A stretch of DNA of 64,000 nt from Takakia lepidozioides. Taxonomy: Eukaryota; Plantae; Bryophyta. The translations under genes and the position numbers were made by a program. The first letter of the stretch is position 1. Every line of letters starts with the position of its first letter. Under the pieces are notes generated by a model that made no database searches, had not been told where the DNA came from, and saw only the letters and a list, made by a program, of their open reading frames with translations. The stretch is from positions 20,646,001-20,710,000 of the forward strand of contig CM060731.1 of the NCBI GenBank assembly GCA_030704615.1. The letters are read 5' to 3'. This document shows, piece by piece, positions 61,536 through 64,000 of the stretch.

Positions 61536-62241
61536 ATATTACAACACTCACCAAGTTATGAATGAAGGGTATCAATAGAGGGGTGAGAATCTAGAGTATA
61601 TTGAAAATGGCTATTTATTGGGGAAGTAAGATCTTGATAGGTAGGTATTAACTGGGAAAGGTACATCAGGAGAAAACAATGAACACGCGTGGTCTCTCCT
61701 TAGGGAGGAGCCAATAAAACGATTGGGCTTCATCCCCTTTCCAAAAGAAAAAAAAAAGTCAACTCGAGGGGGAGGAATGAGACGTCAACTGGAGACATAA
61801 ATGTAGCTTTATGAAAGGGAAATCTAAAGCACAATCCTTTGAATCGCAAAGCTGAAGAGGGCCAAGTAGTTTCAACTTTCTCGTCCTTCTCCTTCTCCTC
61901 TTTGCTGCGGAATATTCTCCTCTTGAGCTTCCTGCAGACTCTCTATCTTTATACTTCTTCTGCTTACCGGGCAGTGCCTCCTTTCTCATCCTCATGGTTG
62001 TATTACAAGGTTATTTTTTCCGCACCCTTATCCAATAAATTTCTGGCCCTTTCATTGGCCTCCCTCAAAAAAAAAAAATCTCTCTAAATGACGTTGATGA
62101 CATGGCCTATAAAACGTGGCAACAATGACGTGGCACAGTAACGTCTACGCCCCACAGTAAGCTTTCAAACTGTTTGAGCTGCGCTCGCGCGTCTGATGTT
62201 GACAAGGGGGTAGAGCTCTGCACTGCTTCGGGGCTGCTGCG

Positions 62242-64000
62242 ATGGGCGAGGACGATTTGGGGACCGCGGCATCCAGCTCAGGTTCTCCGCATGAAGAAAG
62301 CAGCAGCCCAGGGTCGACGCCTGCCCTGACTGCCTCAGGACAATCTCTGAACAGATCGGCCCCTGAGGAGCATTCCTCTCACCAACCTGCGGACTCTGTG
62401 CTGCTATCAGAACCAGATCCAGAGCTATCTTCTTCTTCAGGGGCAGGATTACTCAAAGCAGGTAGGGAGATAGTGATCTGGAAACTTCTAGAAGTTGGAG
62501 ACATCTCTGGAATTGAAGGGTTGAAATCACCGGTAGTCCAGGGGTCAGGAGAAGATCAAGGACGATCTCCTCTGAAATGGTAATAAATTTTTCCAAATTG
62601 AGGGTACTCCTGGGGGTGCTGTGTTGATCAGACCCGTACTTATTCGTCACGGTTTTCTTCACACTTGCAAAGGACATACTCTAGCACAAGGGTTTGAGGC
62701 TCCTCTGCGGTATGACGGGATCGGGCATGTGGGATATGTTGCATTTAGATGAGGTTTGTACAATTTGAACGTTCAAATTGACACGCCTTGTTCTCTGATA
62801 AACATTTGAGACATAGCTATGAGGCGAACCACAATGCTGGCAGGATTCAAGGGGTCCTCTAGATCACACAATAAGACTGAATCTCAATCAATACAACCCT
62901 TGCTATGGGCACCATCCTACTTCCAGATTGTTATCTCATCCTTATGAGTCTCTTAAGCATAATTGTTTTTTCCAGTGTTGTCAAGGTTCAACCATAGTTC
63001 TTGAATCATAATAAACAACATGTCTCTGCCAGGAATCTCGAAGATAAACATGAGCCTTTTACAGGTAAATATAAGAGCCTCAAACCCCCAGGACGGAAGT
63101 TGAATGATGCCGACCTAAAGAAGTTGGTTGTGATTCCGGAGTACCTTGCCAAGGCTATGGTGGATGCCGTGATTTCAGAGGGAAAATCCCATCAGGAAGG
63201 TGCCGGCCTTGCAGACAACATAGATGCACCTTCTTGCCCTCTCTTAGTTTTTATCAACTCCAGAAGTGGAGGACAACTTGGCCCTGCCCTTCAAACCCGT
63301 CTTTCTGAGCTACTAAGCCCTATGCAGGTTAGCATGTCCATTTCTTCCATATTTGGTAGGGGCCTGCCAAGGAATTTGAATTGTCGTTCAATGTTCCAAC
63401 CCTAATTTGCATTTTGATGATAAACCTGATGTCCCTGCAGGAATGCCCCACTGATTGGCATTGGGCCATGCATTACTAGTCTGAAAAGATCTTTGACAAA
63501 TTCCAAAATTTCATGATGGATGTGACATGGGATCCTTGCAGGTGTATAACTTGGCAAACACAACACCTATCAATGTATTGCGCTATGGAGTGGAATGCCT
63601 AGACAAACTGGCCAATGCAGGGGATCACTGTGCTCACTTGACCCGGGAAAACTTACGACTAATGGTGATTGTCTTCTCCTGTTCAAACAGCTGCAGTCTC
63701 TGTAATTCATTCAATGGAGAAATCCAATACCAGTTCTCTGTATATTTCACAGTACAAAACTTAGCAATTGAGATGACTATCATGGTCTATTTGCTTTGTC
63801 CTCATATTATGATGTGAATGGTGCAAGGGTTCTTTCCTTCGATTGGGATTGGCAGCTATGAGCTATAATAAAACTAAAGTTCTCTGGCTTGTGATTTTGG
63901 GGTGTCAGGTGGCTGGCGGGGATGGGACGGTAGGGTGGGTACTGGCAAGCATGGCAGAGCTGCGCATGTTTTCGTTCGGTGGTCATATTCCACCTGTTGG
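62242..64000 (+). CDS. DGK: Diacylglycerol kinase (plant type without C1 domains), 5' part; continues beyond window
   Basis: Exons ~62242-62461, 63065-63327, 63542-63664, 63909 onward. Motifs PLLVFINSRSGGQLG and catalytic VAGGDGTVGWVL. Confidence 0.9.

Overview
Eukaryotic land-plant genomic DNA, probably a bryophyte, lycophyte or fern (inferred only from gene and TE style). Host genes: a complete 22-exon villin (218-10051, +), two near-identical PR-10/Bet v1-like paralogs (12735-13609 and 57677-58334, +) and the 5' part of a diacylglycerol kinase (62242 to window end). Between the PR-10 copies lies a ~40 kb nest of transposons. (1) A 21.2 kb Ty3/gypsy-type element (19100-40284, TSD GGCA). Its pol carries a DNMT3-like C5-cytosine methyltransferase between protease and RT and ends in a PHD finger. 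Its ends form an A...B-A-B split-direct-repeat arrangement rather than ordinary LTRs. (2) Inside it, a 9.95 kb Mutator-like DNA transposon (24985-34934) with a GCM-like/DDE/SWIM transposase and a divergently transcribed, spliced ParB-like + beta-class N6/N4 DNA-methyltransferase-like gene. Its non-coding DNA carries at least 13 copies of a 22-bp palindrome. (3) A truncated gypsy element, a non-autonomous CACTA, TTAA-flanked piggyBac-like elements, MITEs and SINEs. The best candidates for new biology are the ParB-MTase plus palindrome transposon module and the split-repeat DNMT/PHD retrotransposon. All coordinates were read by eye; no searches were run.
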